Source: Candidatus Buchananbacteria bacterium
Lineage (GTDB): Bacteria > Patescibacteriota > Patescibacteriia > Buchananbacterales > UBA6539
Assembly (NCBI GenBank): GCA_016930315.1
Contig: JAFGGX010000018.1
Location: forward strand, 1 to 45,119
Direction: 5' to 3'
Length of the DNA stretch: 45,119 nucleotides
The translations under genes and the position numbers were made by a program. Positions 27,621 to 36,574 of the stretch are shown piece by piece. Within the stretch, counting starts at the first letter, position 1. Each line of letters opens with the position of its first letter. The notes beneath the pieces were generated by a model. That model ran no database searches. It saw only the letters and a list, made by a program, of their open reading frames with translations, and was not told where the DNA came from.

Positions 27621-28022
27621 ATGAGCATACTAAAAAAAACCATTCTGCCATCAATTTTGTTATTTAGCCTTTTTATTTTTTCCGGCTGCAGTTCACAAAA
27701 TAACAATCAGACGGTTGATGTTGGCAATCAAGATGCTGTAGTTCAGTCGCAATTGTTGACGGAACAAGTTGAAAAAGATTATCAAGTTCAACTTGCAAAT
27801 ATTCTTGCGCCCTATTGGTTAACCGGTCAATTTACTGGTATTAAAGACCAGATATTAGACTTGCGCGCGCCAAGCCAAGATCTTAATCTTCACCTTAATT
27901 TGGTTTTAGCTTTACAGGATTTAGAAGATGGTACTAACGACAATGATCAAGAAAAAATTGATCAAGCTAAAAAAAGAATTGACCAGTTAGCCAACCAATA
28001 TGATTGGTTAAAAAGTAAATAA
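27621..28022 (+). CDS. Putative lipoprotein
   Basis: Basic N-terminus, hydrophobic core, lipobox FSGC. Confidence 0.7.
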   Translation: MSILKKTILPSILLFSLFIFSGCSSQNNNQTVDVGNQDAVVQSQLLTEQVEKDYQVQLANILAPYWLTGQFTGIKDQILDLRAPSQDLNLHLNLVLALQDLEDGTNDNDQEKIDQAKKRIDQLANQYDWLKSK

Positions 28023-28024
28023 TA

Positions 28025-28717
28025 ATGGTTAGAATTGATCACATTGAAGATCTTGAAGCCGATGACGATTGGCAGCGACCCAAAAGAAAGTATCGTCGGC
28101 GTAAACGGCTTAAGGCCAAATTTAAAAAAGGCTGTTGTGTTTTTGTCGTTCTTATTTTTATTGGTTTATTGCTGGTTGGTCTGGCCGCCTTGGCTAAAAG
28201 TGGTTTGGTGAAAATTCCAATTTTTTCCGATATTTTTTATCAGTTGCCAACGGCAGAAAAAAACGTTAAGATTGACCCTGCCGATTTGAATAATTTGCAA
28301 ATCAATCAGAACCTTAGTCAAACGGGTGATGGTTTGACTTTAACTATTTCTGATGAGCAGTTAACCTATTTGTTGCGTCAAACTTTAGCCACTGGCCAGG
28401 ATCCATACTTTGCCGATGGGGTTCAAGCGACAATTGATTCGGAAAAAATTGAAATTTTTGGTTCACTGCTTAAACCAATCAAAACTGATTTAACTGTCGA
28501 TTTAGTACCAACGTTAGTTGATAATCAGGTTAAGTTTGATATTAAGTCGGTTCAGGTCGGCAATCTGGGCTTACCTAGTTCGACCATCAATCAGTTATTT
28601 GGCGGCCTGTTGGATAGTTTGATCAGTGATTTTAGCCAGCTGATTAATGACTATGGGTCAGTTCAATCTATTAGCTTATCGGCCGGTCGAGCAACCGTAA
28701 AAATTTCACCAAAATAA
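28025..28717 (+). CDS. Single-TM protein with an extracellular LmeA/DUF2140-like domain
   Basis: Basic cytoplasmic stretch, TM helix, 'LTISDEQLT…L' and 'SVQVGNLGLP' patterns. Confidence 0.5.
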   Translation: MVRIDHIEDLEADDDWQRPKRKYRRRKRLKAKFKKGCCVFVVLIFIGLLLVGLAALAKSGLVKIPIFSDIFYQLPTAEKNVKIDPADLNNLQINQNLSQTGDGLTLTISDEQLTYLLRQTLATGQDPYFADGVQATIDSEKIEIFGSLLKPIKTDLTVDLVPTLVDNQVKFDIKSVQVGNLGLPSSTINQLFGGLLDSLISDFSQLINDYGSVQSISLSAGRATVKISPK

Positions 28718-28718
28718 T

Positions 28719-29483
28719 ATGAATTTACTTAATCGTTTATCAGTTTGGATTTCTAGTTTATTATTTTTGAGTTTCTTTTGGTTGGTTTTAGTCCAGGCTG
28801 AGCTTTTTTATTGGTTATCGGTTTTGTCTTTAGTGATATTATTTTTAACTATCTGGCAGTTGACCGGTCGCCAAATTAGAAAAAGTCAGTTTTGGTTTTT
28901 GAGCATTTCCCCAACGATTTTTTTGTTTTCGGCCTGGTTATTTTTTCTTTTTGTTGAAGGCAGGTGGTTGCGTTATTTTTATGGTTTAGTTTTCACATTT
29001 TTTTTGTTTATTTTTTTACAAATTATTTATCTTTATTTACATCGTCGGCCAAAATATGAAGCTTATGCTTTAGAAAATATTTCCAATTATTTGAATGTTT
29101 TTGCTGTCTTTTTACTTTTCAGTGGTTTTTTCGGCCTTCAGCTTTTTTTGAATTTTAATATTTGGTCGATTTTATTACTTGGCGGCGTGGCTTTGTTTTT
29201 ACTTACTTTTGAATTATTTTATGTCAGCAATCTTTCTTTCACCAAAAGTCGTCTAGCAATATTGATAATTATTTTAGTTAGTTTGGAGGTCTGTTTGGCA
29301 GTTAATTATTTGCCAACCAGTATTTATGTCGATAGTTTGATTGTGACTTTGACTTATTATTTAATGTCCGGGTTAGCCAGAAATTGGCTGCTTAATATTA
29401 AAGAAAAAAGGGTGATCATTAGATACGTCATTATTACTTTAGTCTGCTTGGTTTTGATTTTATTTTCAGCTAAGTGGGTTTAA
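28719..29483 (+). CDS. Polytopic membrane protein of unknown function
   Basis: About 9 hydrophobic segments. Confidence 0.75.
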   Translation: MNLLNRLSVWISSLLFLSFFWLVLVQAELFYWLSVLSLVILFLTIWQLTGRQIRKSQFWFLSISPTIFLFSAWLFFLFVEGRWLRYFYGLVFTFFLFIFLQIIYLYLHRRPKYEAYALENISNYLNVFAVFLLFSGFFGLQLFLNFNIWSILLLGGVALFLLTFELFYVSNLSFTKSRLAILIIILVSLEVCLAVNYLPTSIYVDSLIVTLTYYLMSGLARNWLLNIKEKRVIIRYVIITLVCLVLILFSAKWV

Positions 29484-29492
29484 CTTTTTATT

Positions 29493-30638
29493 ATGAAATT
29501 ATTTAAAAATCAAAAAGATCGCAAACTTTTACAATCAATTTTTTTGGCTTCCGCCTTTGGTTTTTTTGCCGGTTTGGCTGGTCAAGCCTTAGGGACTGTT
29601 TATTTTGATCCGTGGCGGCAACATTTTTTGAATTATCAGACGCAAGTTATCCAGCAGCAAAATAATCAAACCTCAGATATCCAGGAGCTAAAAAAAGTTA
29701 AAAAAGTAATTGGCACCGAACAAGATTTTGCAGTTGACCAAGCGATTCGAAAAGTTGACGCCAGCGTGGTCGGTTTTTATCCAATCAAAAAGGCGAGTCA
29801 GAATATTTTACAGTCGATTTATTATCCGGCTGATTTGTTAGGCAGTGGGTTTATTTTAACCAGCGATGGCTGGTTAGCTACCGACCAATCAGTGGTGAAT
29901 GAAAATAAAAAGGGCTTGGTGGTTGTGGTTTATCAAGGTCAAGAGTATAAAATTGATCAATTAGTTACCGACCCGATGACTGGTATTACTTTTGTCAAAA
30001 TCACCGCTAATAATTTGCCAGTAGTTTTGCTGGGTGATTCCGATGAGCTTTTGGCTGGTCAATTGGTGGTGGGGGATAATTCTTTTGGTCAGGCCAGTGT
30101 TGATTATGTCAAAAGTCTCAATTTTCAAAATCAATCGACTAGTCAAGATTATGTTTTATCTTCGGAAAAATATGCTCGATTTATTTTATTAACTAACAAT
30201 CTAGATAATTCATATTTAGGTGGGCCAATCATTAATTCTAATGGCGAGGTGGTTGGCGTTATTCAATCAAATAAAAATCAGACTATTGTGGTACCAATTA
30301 ATCATTTTCGGCCAGTTTTGGTTAGCGTTTTTCGGGATGGTTCGATTAGGCGTTCTTATCTAGGAGTTCAATATATTGATTTATCTAATACAACCAGTGC
30401 ATCCGATCAGCAATCCGGTGCTTTAATTTATAGTCAGCCGAAAAAAAATTCGCCAGCCGCTAATGCTAAGTTACAAGTTGGTGATGTAATCATTAGTGTT
30501 GAAAATCAGTTGATCGACAAGACTAATAGTTTAGCTGAAATCATTCAGCAGTATCAGTCTGGCGATAGCTTAAATTTAGAGGTTTTGCGTGATGATAAAA
30601 ATATTAAATTGAACGTTTCTTTGTCCCCGTTGCCATAA
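29493..30638 (+). CDS. HtrA/DegP-like protein (trypsin-like + PDZ) with a degenerate catalytic triad
   Basis: GSGFILTSDG, LGDSDEL, GGPIINSNGEVVG, PDZ SPAANAKLQVGDVI; TDQSV replaces TNxHV and NSYLGGP replaces GNSGGP. Confidence 0.8.
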   Translation: MKLFKNQKDRKLLQSIFLASAFGFFAGLAGQALGTVYFDPWRQHFLNYQTQVIQQQNNQTSDIQELKKVKKVIGTEQDFAVDQAIRKVDASVVGFYPIKKASQNILQSIYYPADLLGSGFILTSDGWLATDQSVVNENKKGLVVVVYQGQEYKIDQLVTDPMTGITFVKITANNLPVVLLGDSDELLAGQLVVGDNSFGQASVDYVKSLNFQNQSTSQDYVLSSEKYARFILLTNNLDNSYLGGPIINSNGEVVGVIQSNKNQTIVVPINHFRPVLVSVFRDGSIRRSYLGVQYIDLSNTTSASDQQSGALIYSQPKKNSPAANAKLQVGDVIISVENQLIDKTNSLAEIIQQYQSGDSLNLEVLRDDKNIKLNVSLSPLP

Positions 30639-30657
30639 AAAATATTTTAAATTTTTT

Positions 30658-30695
30658 AACTAAAAAATCCCTCAACAAGTGGGGATTTTTTAGTT
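30658..30695. terminator. Bidirectional terminator
   Basis: AACTAAAAAATCCC…GGGATTTTTTAGTT between convergent genes. Confidence 0.85.
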
Positions 30696-30697
30696 AG

Positions 30698-30970
30698 TTA
30701 TTTTTCGAGTAGTTTTGGGTTAGGGGAGTAGAGTCGGTTTTTAATTTTCCATTTATCCACATATTGGCCGATGCCATTTTTAGCCAATTTATTTTTGGCA
30801 GTGGTTCTATTTTGCGACCATTCCAAAAGACTCTCAAAATTGATTTTATATCGACCTCTTACCACCACATATTTTATTTCTTGTTTGGCCAGCGCTCGTC
30901 TGATTGTTTTTTGGTCAACGCCAAATAGCCTTGAAGCCTCTGACACTGACACCCTAATCATGTTATTCAT
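30698..30970 (-). CDS. Small excisionase/MerR-like HTH DNA-binding protein
   Basis: SVSEASRLFGVDQKTIRRAL…RYKINFESLLEW winged HTH (start at 30970 or 30961). Confidence 0.8.
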   Translation of the reverse strand: MNNMIRVSVSEASRLFGVDQKTIRRALAKQEIKYVVVRGRYKINFESLLEWSQNRTTAKNKLAKNGIGQYVDKWKIKNRLYSPNPKLLEK

Positions 30971-30997
30971 AAGTTATTTTCTATTGACTTATTAAGG

Positions 30998-31027
30998 TAT
31001 TTTGTCTAGAATATTGTAGACAAAATA
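30998..31027. promoter_or_regulatory. Near-perfect 30-bp palindrome (candidate operator)
   Basis: TATTTTGTCTA-GAATATTG-TAGACAAAATA in the divergent intergenic region. Confidence 0.6.
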
Positions 31028-31109
31028 TTATATATTTACTATACAATAGTGATTTAAAATAAGCAAGTTAATCTATCAAATCTGTGGGTATCTTAGTTTT
31101 TTAACCCCA

Positions 31110-31177
31110 TTGACTAAAGGTGGATAAATTAATTATAATCAGGTTATTGTGTAACATTTATGCCTATTTATCGTCTA
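31110..31177 (+). promoter_or_regulatory. Tandem sigma70 and ECF promoters
   Basis: TTGACT-N18-TATAAT (31110-31139), then TGTAAC-N16-CGTCTA (31150-31177), with CGTC 7 nt before ATG 31183. Confidence 0.7.
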
Positions 31178-31182
31178 CTATA

Positions 31183-31740
31183 ATGAGTTTAAGTTTAAAA
31201 GAAAAACTTCTACTAGTCAGGTTGAAAAAGAAAGATAAAGATGCTTTTGGTGAGCTTTATGATTTGTACGTTGCTTCGATCTATCGGTTTATTTTTTTTA
31301 AGGTTCCAACCAGACAAGATGCCGAAGACTTAACCTCAGAAACTTTTTTGAAAATTTGGAATTACGTTGCCGAAACTCAAGAAGAAGTTAAGAATTTAAA
31401 ATCACTTTTATACACCACGGCCAGAAATTTAGTGGTCGATTTCTATCGCAAGAAATCGCAAGTTCAACTGGTTGGCGACGAGGAAACGCTTTTGAAAATT
31501 GAAGATAGCAGGCAGCAAAACATTCTTTCCCAAATTGACATCAAAGCAGAGGTCAATAATATTGAAGAAATTATTAAGGGATTAAAAGATGAATATCGGG
31601 AAGTAATTGTGATGCGGTATGTTGAACAACTTTCAATCACCGAGATTGCTGAAGTTTTAAATAAATCAAAAGGTTCGGTTCGAGTATTGGTCCATCGAGC
31701 TTTGAAAGTAGTTAAAGAGACTATCGAAAAAAATGTTTAA
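31183..31740 (+). CDS. ECF RNA polymerase sigma factor
   Basis: DAFGELYD.Y…IYRFI, AEDLTSETF, LYTTARNLVVDFYR, EIAEVLNKSKGSVRVLVHRA; start reassigned to ATG 31183. Confidence 0.92.
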   Translation: MSLSLKEKLLLVRLKKKDKDAFGELYDLYVASIYRFIFFKVPTRQDAEDLTSETFLKIWNYVAETQEEVKNLKSLLYTTARNLVVDFYRKKSQVQLVGDEETLLKIEDSRQQNILSQIDIKAEVNNIEEIIKGLKDEYREVIVMRYVEQLSITEIAEVLNKSKGSVRVLVHRALKVVKETIEKNV

Positions 31741-31745
31741 ATCAA

Positions 31746-32624
31746 ATGACTGAAGAAAAGTTGATTAAAAAAATTAAGAGTTTAAAAAATGTTAAACCAC
31801 GATCAGAGTGGCAAACTTTGAATCGTGATTTTTTATTATCTCAGATCAACCAGACAGCTGAAGAAAAGAGTTTTGGTTGGCAAGACTACGTGGTGGCTTT
31901 TGGTTCTCTTTTTCGCCAACGATTGTTAGAGCCGGCAGTTGTGATGTTGTTGGTCCTTGGTTTTTCAGTCGGCAGTAGTTTGGTGGTTAACGCTTCTTTT
32001 TATAGTTTGCCTGGTGACGGTCTGTATCCGGTTAAATTAGCTTTAGAAAGTGTTCAAATTGCTGTTAGCTCTGGTGATGAAAGAAAGGTTGAATTAAAAA
32101 TTGAATTCGCTAAAAAAAGAATTAATGAATTTGATCAAATTGCTTCTCGTTCAGACGATCAGACCCAAGAAAAAAATGATAAGTTAGCTGCAGTAGTCCA
32201 AGAATTACAACGTAATGTCGCTTCAGTTCAAAATCATATTAATAATATAGATAAAGATGGCAATCAATCCGATCACGATCGAACACTCAGAATCGCCATC
32301 ACCATCAGTAACGAAACTAAACAGTTAGCTCAGTCGCTAGATCAAAAAGCTAAAACCATCAGCGAAACCGATCCGGAAATTAAACAAATTGTCGATCAGG
32401 CAGTCGAATCAGTGCAGGCGGTCACTGTTTCGGCCGATAAGTTAGTTGAAGAAGAAAAGCAGTCTGCTATTGCCACCAGCACCGATCAAATAATTGATCA
32501 AGACAATCAACCCGGCGAGGTCTTGGGAGAAAGCAAAGATCTTACCGAGCAATCAAGTCAGGCAGAAGTCGAGTCGGCTGACAACAGTCAATCAGAATCA
32601 ACTGCCACTAATATAGAAAATTAA
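31746..32624 (+). CDS. DUF5667-domain putative anti-sigma factor
   Basis: One TM followed by SLPGDGLYPVKLALE…KRINE; acidic tail containing GEVLGE. Confidence 0.8.
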   Translation: MTEEKLIKKIKSLKNVKPRSEWQTLNRDFLLSQINQTAEEKSFGWQDYVVAFGSLFRQRLLEPAVVMLLVLGFSVGSSLVVNASFYSLPGDGLYPVKLALESVQIAVSSGDERKVELKIEFAKKRINEFDQIASRSDDQTQEKNDKLAAVVQELQRNVASVQNHINNIDKDGNQSDHDRTLRIAITISNETKQLAQSLDQKAKTISETDPEIKQIVDQAVESVQAVTVSADKLVEEEKQSAIATSTDQIIDQDNQPGEVLGESKDLTEQSSQAEVESADNSQSESTATNIEN

Positions 32625-32667
32625 ATAATTTATCTTACCTGCCAACTATAAGTTAGCGGGCTAGATA

Positions 32668-32881
32668 AGTTCATTTAAACTTTTTAGATTAATTAGGGTT
32701 TAGATTAGCCTTAAGTTTTAAGATAAAGGTCGACCACTAAAAAAGTCGGATCTTTAAACTTTTGAGGAATTTAGTAATCTAAACGCTCCATTCCTAGGGG
32801 AGCTAAGTGATGTTGTTGGTTTAGCCTAGGCGCAACAATATCACTTTAAAGTTACCTAACTAAAAAGTTTTCAAGTGGACT
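32668..32881 (+). ncRNA. Long structured 5' leader of the S-layer-like gene
   Basis: Nested helices 32668-76/32873-81, 32677-87/32860-70, 32698-707/32775-84, 32785-89/32799-803 and 32805-18/32833-46; SD AGAAAGGA immediately after. Confidence 0.75.
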
Positions 32882-32899
32882 AGAAAGGAATTTATTTTC

Positions 32900-35800
32900 A
32901 TGATTAAAAAATTATTAACCTACGCGTTAGTTGTAACAACAGCAGTCTGGTCATTAGGATTGCTTGCTACTCCATTGGCAGTAGGCGCCGCTTCAACCGG
33001 TGATTTAGTCAAACTTGATTGTGCGGCTAAAGACGGTATTTGCGATGCTGTTTACTACATTGGAACTGACGGTAGAAAGTATGTTTTCCCAAATGAGGGT
33101 ACATACTCAACCTGGTACACTGGTTTTGGCTCGGTGAAAAAGATTTCCCAAGTTGAAATGTCAGCTTATCCATCAGGCGGATTTGTGACTGTCAGACCAG
33201 GCGCTAGAGTCATTCAAATTGGTGGCGATTCAAGTTACTATGTGGTTTCTGGCGGCGGCAAGCTTCATTCAGTAACCGAAGCTCAAGCAGCTGAAATTTA
33301 TGGTAGTGATTGGAAAACCACTTCATTGGTTAGTATGAATGCTTTAAACAGCTACTACTACACCATGAATCCATCTCCAATTCCAGCTTTAGGGTCAGCT
33401 TCTGACTACGACAAAGCTGCTGAAATGGATGCTTCAGCTACTATTGATGCTGATAAAGCTTTAAGCGATAGTTCTCCAATCTCAACTGGTAGTTCTGTAA
33501 CTGTTTCATTAGCTCCAGACAGTCCAGCTTCTGGGATTGTTGTTGGTGGTGCAGCTGACGTTGCATTTACCAAAATCAACTTAACCGCTTCAGCTGACGG
33601 TGACATTATCATCGACAACTGGGGTGTAGTAAGAGGTGGTTTAGGTAATGATGCTGCTTTTGCCAGCGTTGACATCTTAGATGGTGCAACTATGTTGCCA
33701 ATCAACGATTCAGGCAAAACCTTCAACTCAGAACATGTTGCTAACTTTACCGATGACTTTACCATCCCAGCCGGTACAACTCGTTCAGTTTACTTAGCTG
33801 GTAACATGGCATCTCAAGCCACTATGGCTAGTTATGCCGGTGAAGTACCTGCTTTAGGTCTAAAAACATTGACCTTAAAAGGCAGTAGTTCAATTTCTGG
33901 CAGTTTGCCAATTTTTGGTAACTATCAGACAACCAATGCTACTATTACTATTGGTACTGCTACTGTTTCTAGAGGTGCTTACACCAATTCAACTTCAACT
34001 TTGGAAGTTGGAAAGACTAACTACACAATGTTTTCTTTCCAGGTTGCCAACAGCTCAGCTGAAGAAGCTCAATTTAGTTCAGTCAAAGTGTACCAGAGTG
34101 GTAGCGCTAGCTTGGCTAACGATTTAGCCAATATTAAGCTTTATCAAGATGGCACTGAGATTGCTAATGGTGTAGTTAGTGGTAATTACGTTACTTTTAC
34201 TTTTAGTCCAATTACTTTGACTAAAGGTCAAACTAAACAATTCTTAGTTAAAGCTGATGTTGTTGATGGTTCAGCTCGAACTATCCAATTAGGTCTTTAC
34301 CGATCAACCAACTTATTGTTGAAAGGTTTAACCTATGGTTACAACATTACCCCAACTTACAGTGGAACCGGTTCAAGCAGCAACAATCCAGTATTATCTG
34401 ACAACACCTTTACTATTTCGGCTGGTAGCTTGAGAGTTGGTCGCGCTAACACTATTGCCGCCGGCAATATCACTATTGGTGCAGATCAAACCATTGGTGC
34501 CTTCGAATTCCAAGCTAAAGGTGAACCAACCACTATTACTGCATTAACTTTGACCATCACTTCAAGTACTTCTGGTACTATTACCGAAGATGCTTTCAAG
34601 TCAGTCAAATTAGTTGACGCAGCTGGTAAAACCGTTGCTGGCCCAACCGATATTACTAACAATGCTTTGACCGTTGCTTTCACTGACACATTTACTGTGC
34701 CAACTGGCACTTCGGTTTATAAAGTTGTTGGTACTTTGGACACTAATGGTGGTTGGACAACCAATGACACCATTTATGCCAGCGTTACTCCTTCGGCCAT
34801 TACCGCCAAAGGTGAAACAACCGGTTTAACCATCACTCCATCACCAGCTTCAAGCATCTCAACTGTCACTCAAACAGTGAAAACTGCTACTTTGACCGTT
34901 GCTAAAAATTCTACTCCAACTGACAAAAATGTCATTGTTAATAGCACTGGCGTGTTGATTGGTAGCTGGAATTTTGATGCTTCAAATTCTGGTGAAAATA
35001 TCAGAGTCACTTCAATTTCAGTTAGAGCATCAACTACTGGTGCCTTGAATAACTTGACATTGAAAGATGGCAGTACAATTTTATTGCCAGTCAACGACAA
35101 TCCAGTCACTTATGACGGTGATGGCGATGCAACCGCTACTTCAACCTTCGCTTTAAGTGAACCTTTGATTATTACTAAAGGTACTTCAAAGAATTTAGAC
35201 CTTTATGCTGACATTGGTTCAAATTCAGCCGCTGGCGAAGTAGATGCTTGGGGTATTACTTCAAGCGCAGCTATTACTGCCTATGGTGTAACCACTGGCA
35301 ACGCTGCCACAGTTACTGTGACTGCTAACGATGGTGCTTTAGTTACCACTACTGGTGCAGGTACATTGGCAGTAAATGTCAATGGTATTCCTGGCCAATT
35401 ATTAGTGGCTGGCACTACCGGTGTTACATTGACCAATGTCAACTTAAAAGCTACTAATGAACCAATCGACGTTACTAAATTAACTGTTCGTATTGGTGAT
35501 GGTGGTTTAGAGGGTACAGCCGCTGGTGACTATACTCAAATCAGCAAAATCTACTTAAAGATTGATGGTAGCGTTGTTGGTAATGCTGATGGTTATGCAG
35601 TTGCCGCTGCTACTAAGCAGATCAACCTTGAAAGAGGCGCATTAACCATTCCAGCCACCGATGATGGTAAAGATTTAGTTGTTTTGGGTGACATTGTTTC
35701 GATGGGCACCAACCAACCAGGTACAGCTAATGCCGACATTGTCGTTGGTTTATCTGGTCAAAATGGTTTCACTGCCACTGGTAACGGTTCTAATACTACT

Positions 35801-36457
35801 GCTACCTTCGACTACAACAGTTCAACCGGTTCAGCGATGATTATTCACAAAGCTGTTCCTCAGGTTGTAATTGAAACCCCAACTAACAAATTAGCCGCTA
35901 CCGCTTCTCTACAGAGAACCAAAATTACCGCCGTTGGTAACAAAATTGGTGTGTACAAATTATCATTTGTGACCACCACTTCAACCGGTGTTAATTTGAC
36001 TAACGGTTATATCAAGTTGGCTTCAAGTTGTGGTAGTTTAAGTTCAGGTACAGTGTTATCTGCCGCAACCCCTGCTGGCACAGACATTGGCGCTGGTATT
36101 AAGACTTGGGGTCTTAAAATTAGTAACGCCTTGAATACAACCAAATATTATTTGGATATCAACAAAGACAGTACTTGTAGTATTGATTTCTATGCTACTA
36201 TTGGTACTACATCTAATGTTGATACTGTTTCAACTAGTTTGTTGGGCGATACCGCCACTAGCACTACTAATCATGTTGCTGGTGCGGAAGCTGATACATT
36301 CGTTACTAACGACCAAGGTAACTTTGTTTGGTCAGATTTGAATGCAGATCAGACTCAAACCGCTGGTTCTTTGACTGCCAGCCAATGGTACAATGGTTAC
36401 CTAGTTGAAGGCTTAGGTTCTACTTCTACTTCTACACCAGTTACTGTCGGTGAATAA
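32900..36457 (+). CDS. Large Thr/Ser/Gly-rich secreted surface protein (S-layer-like), 1185 aa
   Basis: Signal peptide, YVFPNE N-domain, serial beta-rich domains; strongly biased codons (GCT/ACT/GGT/TCA, TTC/AAC/TAC) suggest high expression; SD present. Confidence 0.75.
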   Translation: MIKKLLTYALVVTTAVWSLGLLATPLAVGAASTGDLVKLDCAAKDGICDAVYYIGTDGRKYVFPNEGTYSTWYTGFGSVKKISQVEMSAYPSGGFVTVRPGARVIQIGGDSSYYVVSGGGKLHSVTEAQAAEIYGSDWKTTSLVSMNALNSYYYTMNPSPIPALGSASDYDKAAEMDASATIDADKALSDSSPISTGSSVTVSLAPDSPASGIVVGGAADVAFTKINLTASADGDIIIDNWGVVRGGLGNDAAFASVDILDGATMLPINDSGKTFNSEHVANFTDDFTIPAGTTRSVYLAGNMASQATMASYAGEVPALGLKTLTLKGSSSISGSLPIFGNYQTTNATITIGTATVSRGAYTNSTSTLEVGKTNYTMFSFQVANSSAEEAQFSSVKVYQSGSASLANDLANIKLYQDGTEIANGVVSGNYVTFTFSPITLTKGQTKQFLVKADVVDGSARTIQLGLYRSTNLLLKGLTYGYNITPTYSGTGSSSNNPVLSDNTFTISAGSLRVGRANTIAAGNITIGADQTIGAFEFQAKGEPTTITALTLTITSSTSGTITEDAFKSVKLVDAAGKTVAGPTDITNNALTVAFTDTFTVPTGTSVYKVVGTLDTNGGWTTNDTIYASVTPSAITAKGETTGLTITPSPASSISTVTQTVKTATLTVAKNSTPTDKNVIVNSTGVLIGSWNFDASNSGENIRVTSISVRASTTGALNNLTLKDGSTILLPVNDNPVTYDGDGDATATSTFALSEPLIITKGTSKNLDLYADIGSNSAAGEVDAWGITSSAAITAYGVTTGNAATVTVTANDGALVTTTGAGTLAVNVNGIPGQLLVAGTTGVTLTNVNLKATNEPIDVTKLTVRIGDGGLEGTAAGDYTQISKIYLKIDGSVVGNADGYAVAAATKQINLERGALTIPATDDGKDLVVLGDIVSMGTNQPGTANADIVVGLSGQNGFTATGNGSNTTATFDYNSSTGSAMIIHKAVPQVVIETPTNKLAATASLQRTKITAVGNKIGVYKLSFVTTTSTGVNLTNGYIKLASSCGSLSSGTVLSAATPAGTDIGAGIKTWGLKISNALNTTKYYLDINKDSTCSIDFYATIGTTSNVDTVSTSLLGDTATSTTNHVAGAEADTFVTNDQGNFVWSDLNADQTQTAGSLTASQWYNGYLVEGLGSTSTSTPVTVGE

Positions 36458-36480
36458 TAGTTAGTTAGAACACAAGTTAG

Positions 36481-36517
36481 AATTTCAATGAGCCCCCAAA
36501 AGGGGGCTCTTGAAATT
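36481..36517 (+). terminator. Strong terminator hairpin
   Basis: AATTTCAA-T-GAGCCCCC-AAAA-GGGGGCTC-TTGAAATT. Confidence 0.85.
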
Positions 36518-36574
36518 TGTAGTTTAAAATATTATAATATTCTTGAGTATTAAGTAATATGTCTTTTATATAAT

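Noticed and set aside
30750-31130. Possible oriC from DnaA-box-like sequences
   Set aside because: Only one exact box (intragenic) and one or two imperfect ones; no dnaA/dnaN nearby
31120-31182. N-terminal extension of the ECF sigma from GTG 31120
   Set aside because: It overlaps clear promoter elements; ATG 31183 gives a typical ECF length
2971-35109. Numerous short ORFs in the track overlapping larger genes (e.g. 2971-3207, 6177-6494, 12813-13229, 17908-18168, 22869-23174, 33406-33765, 34486-35109)
   Set aside because: They are antisense or alternative-frame shadows of well-supported genes, with no motifs or start signals
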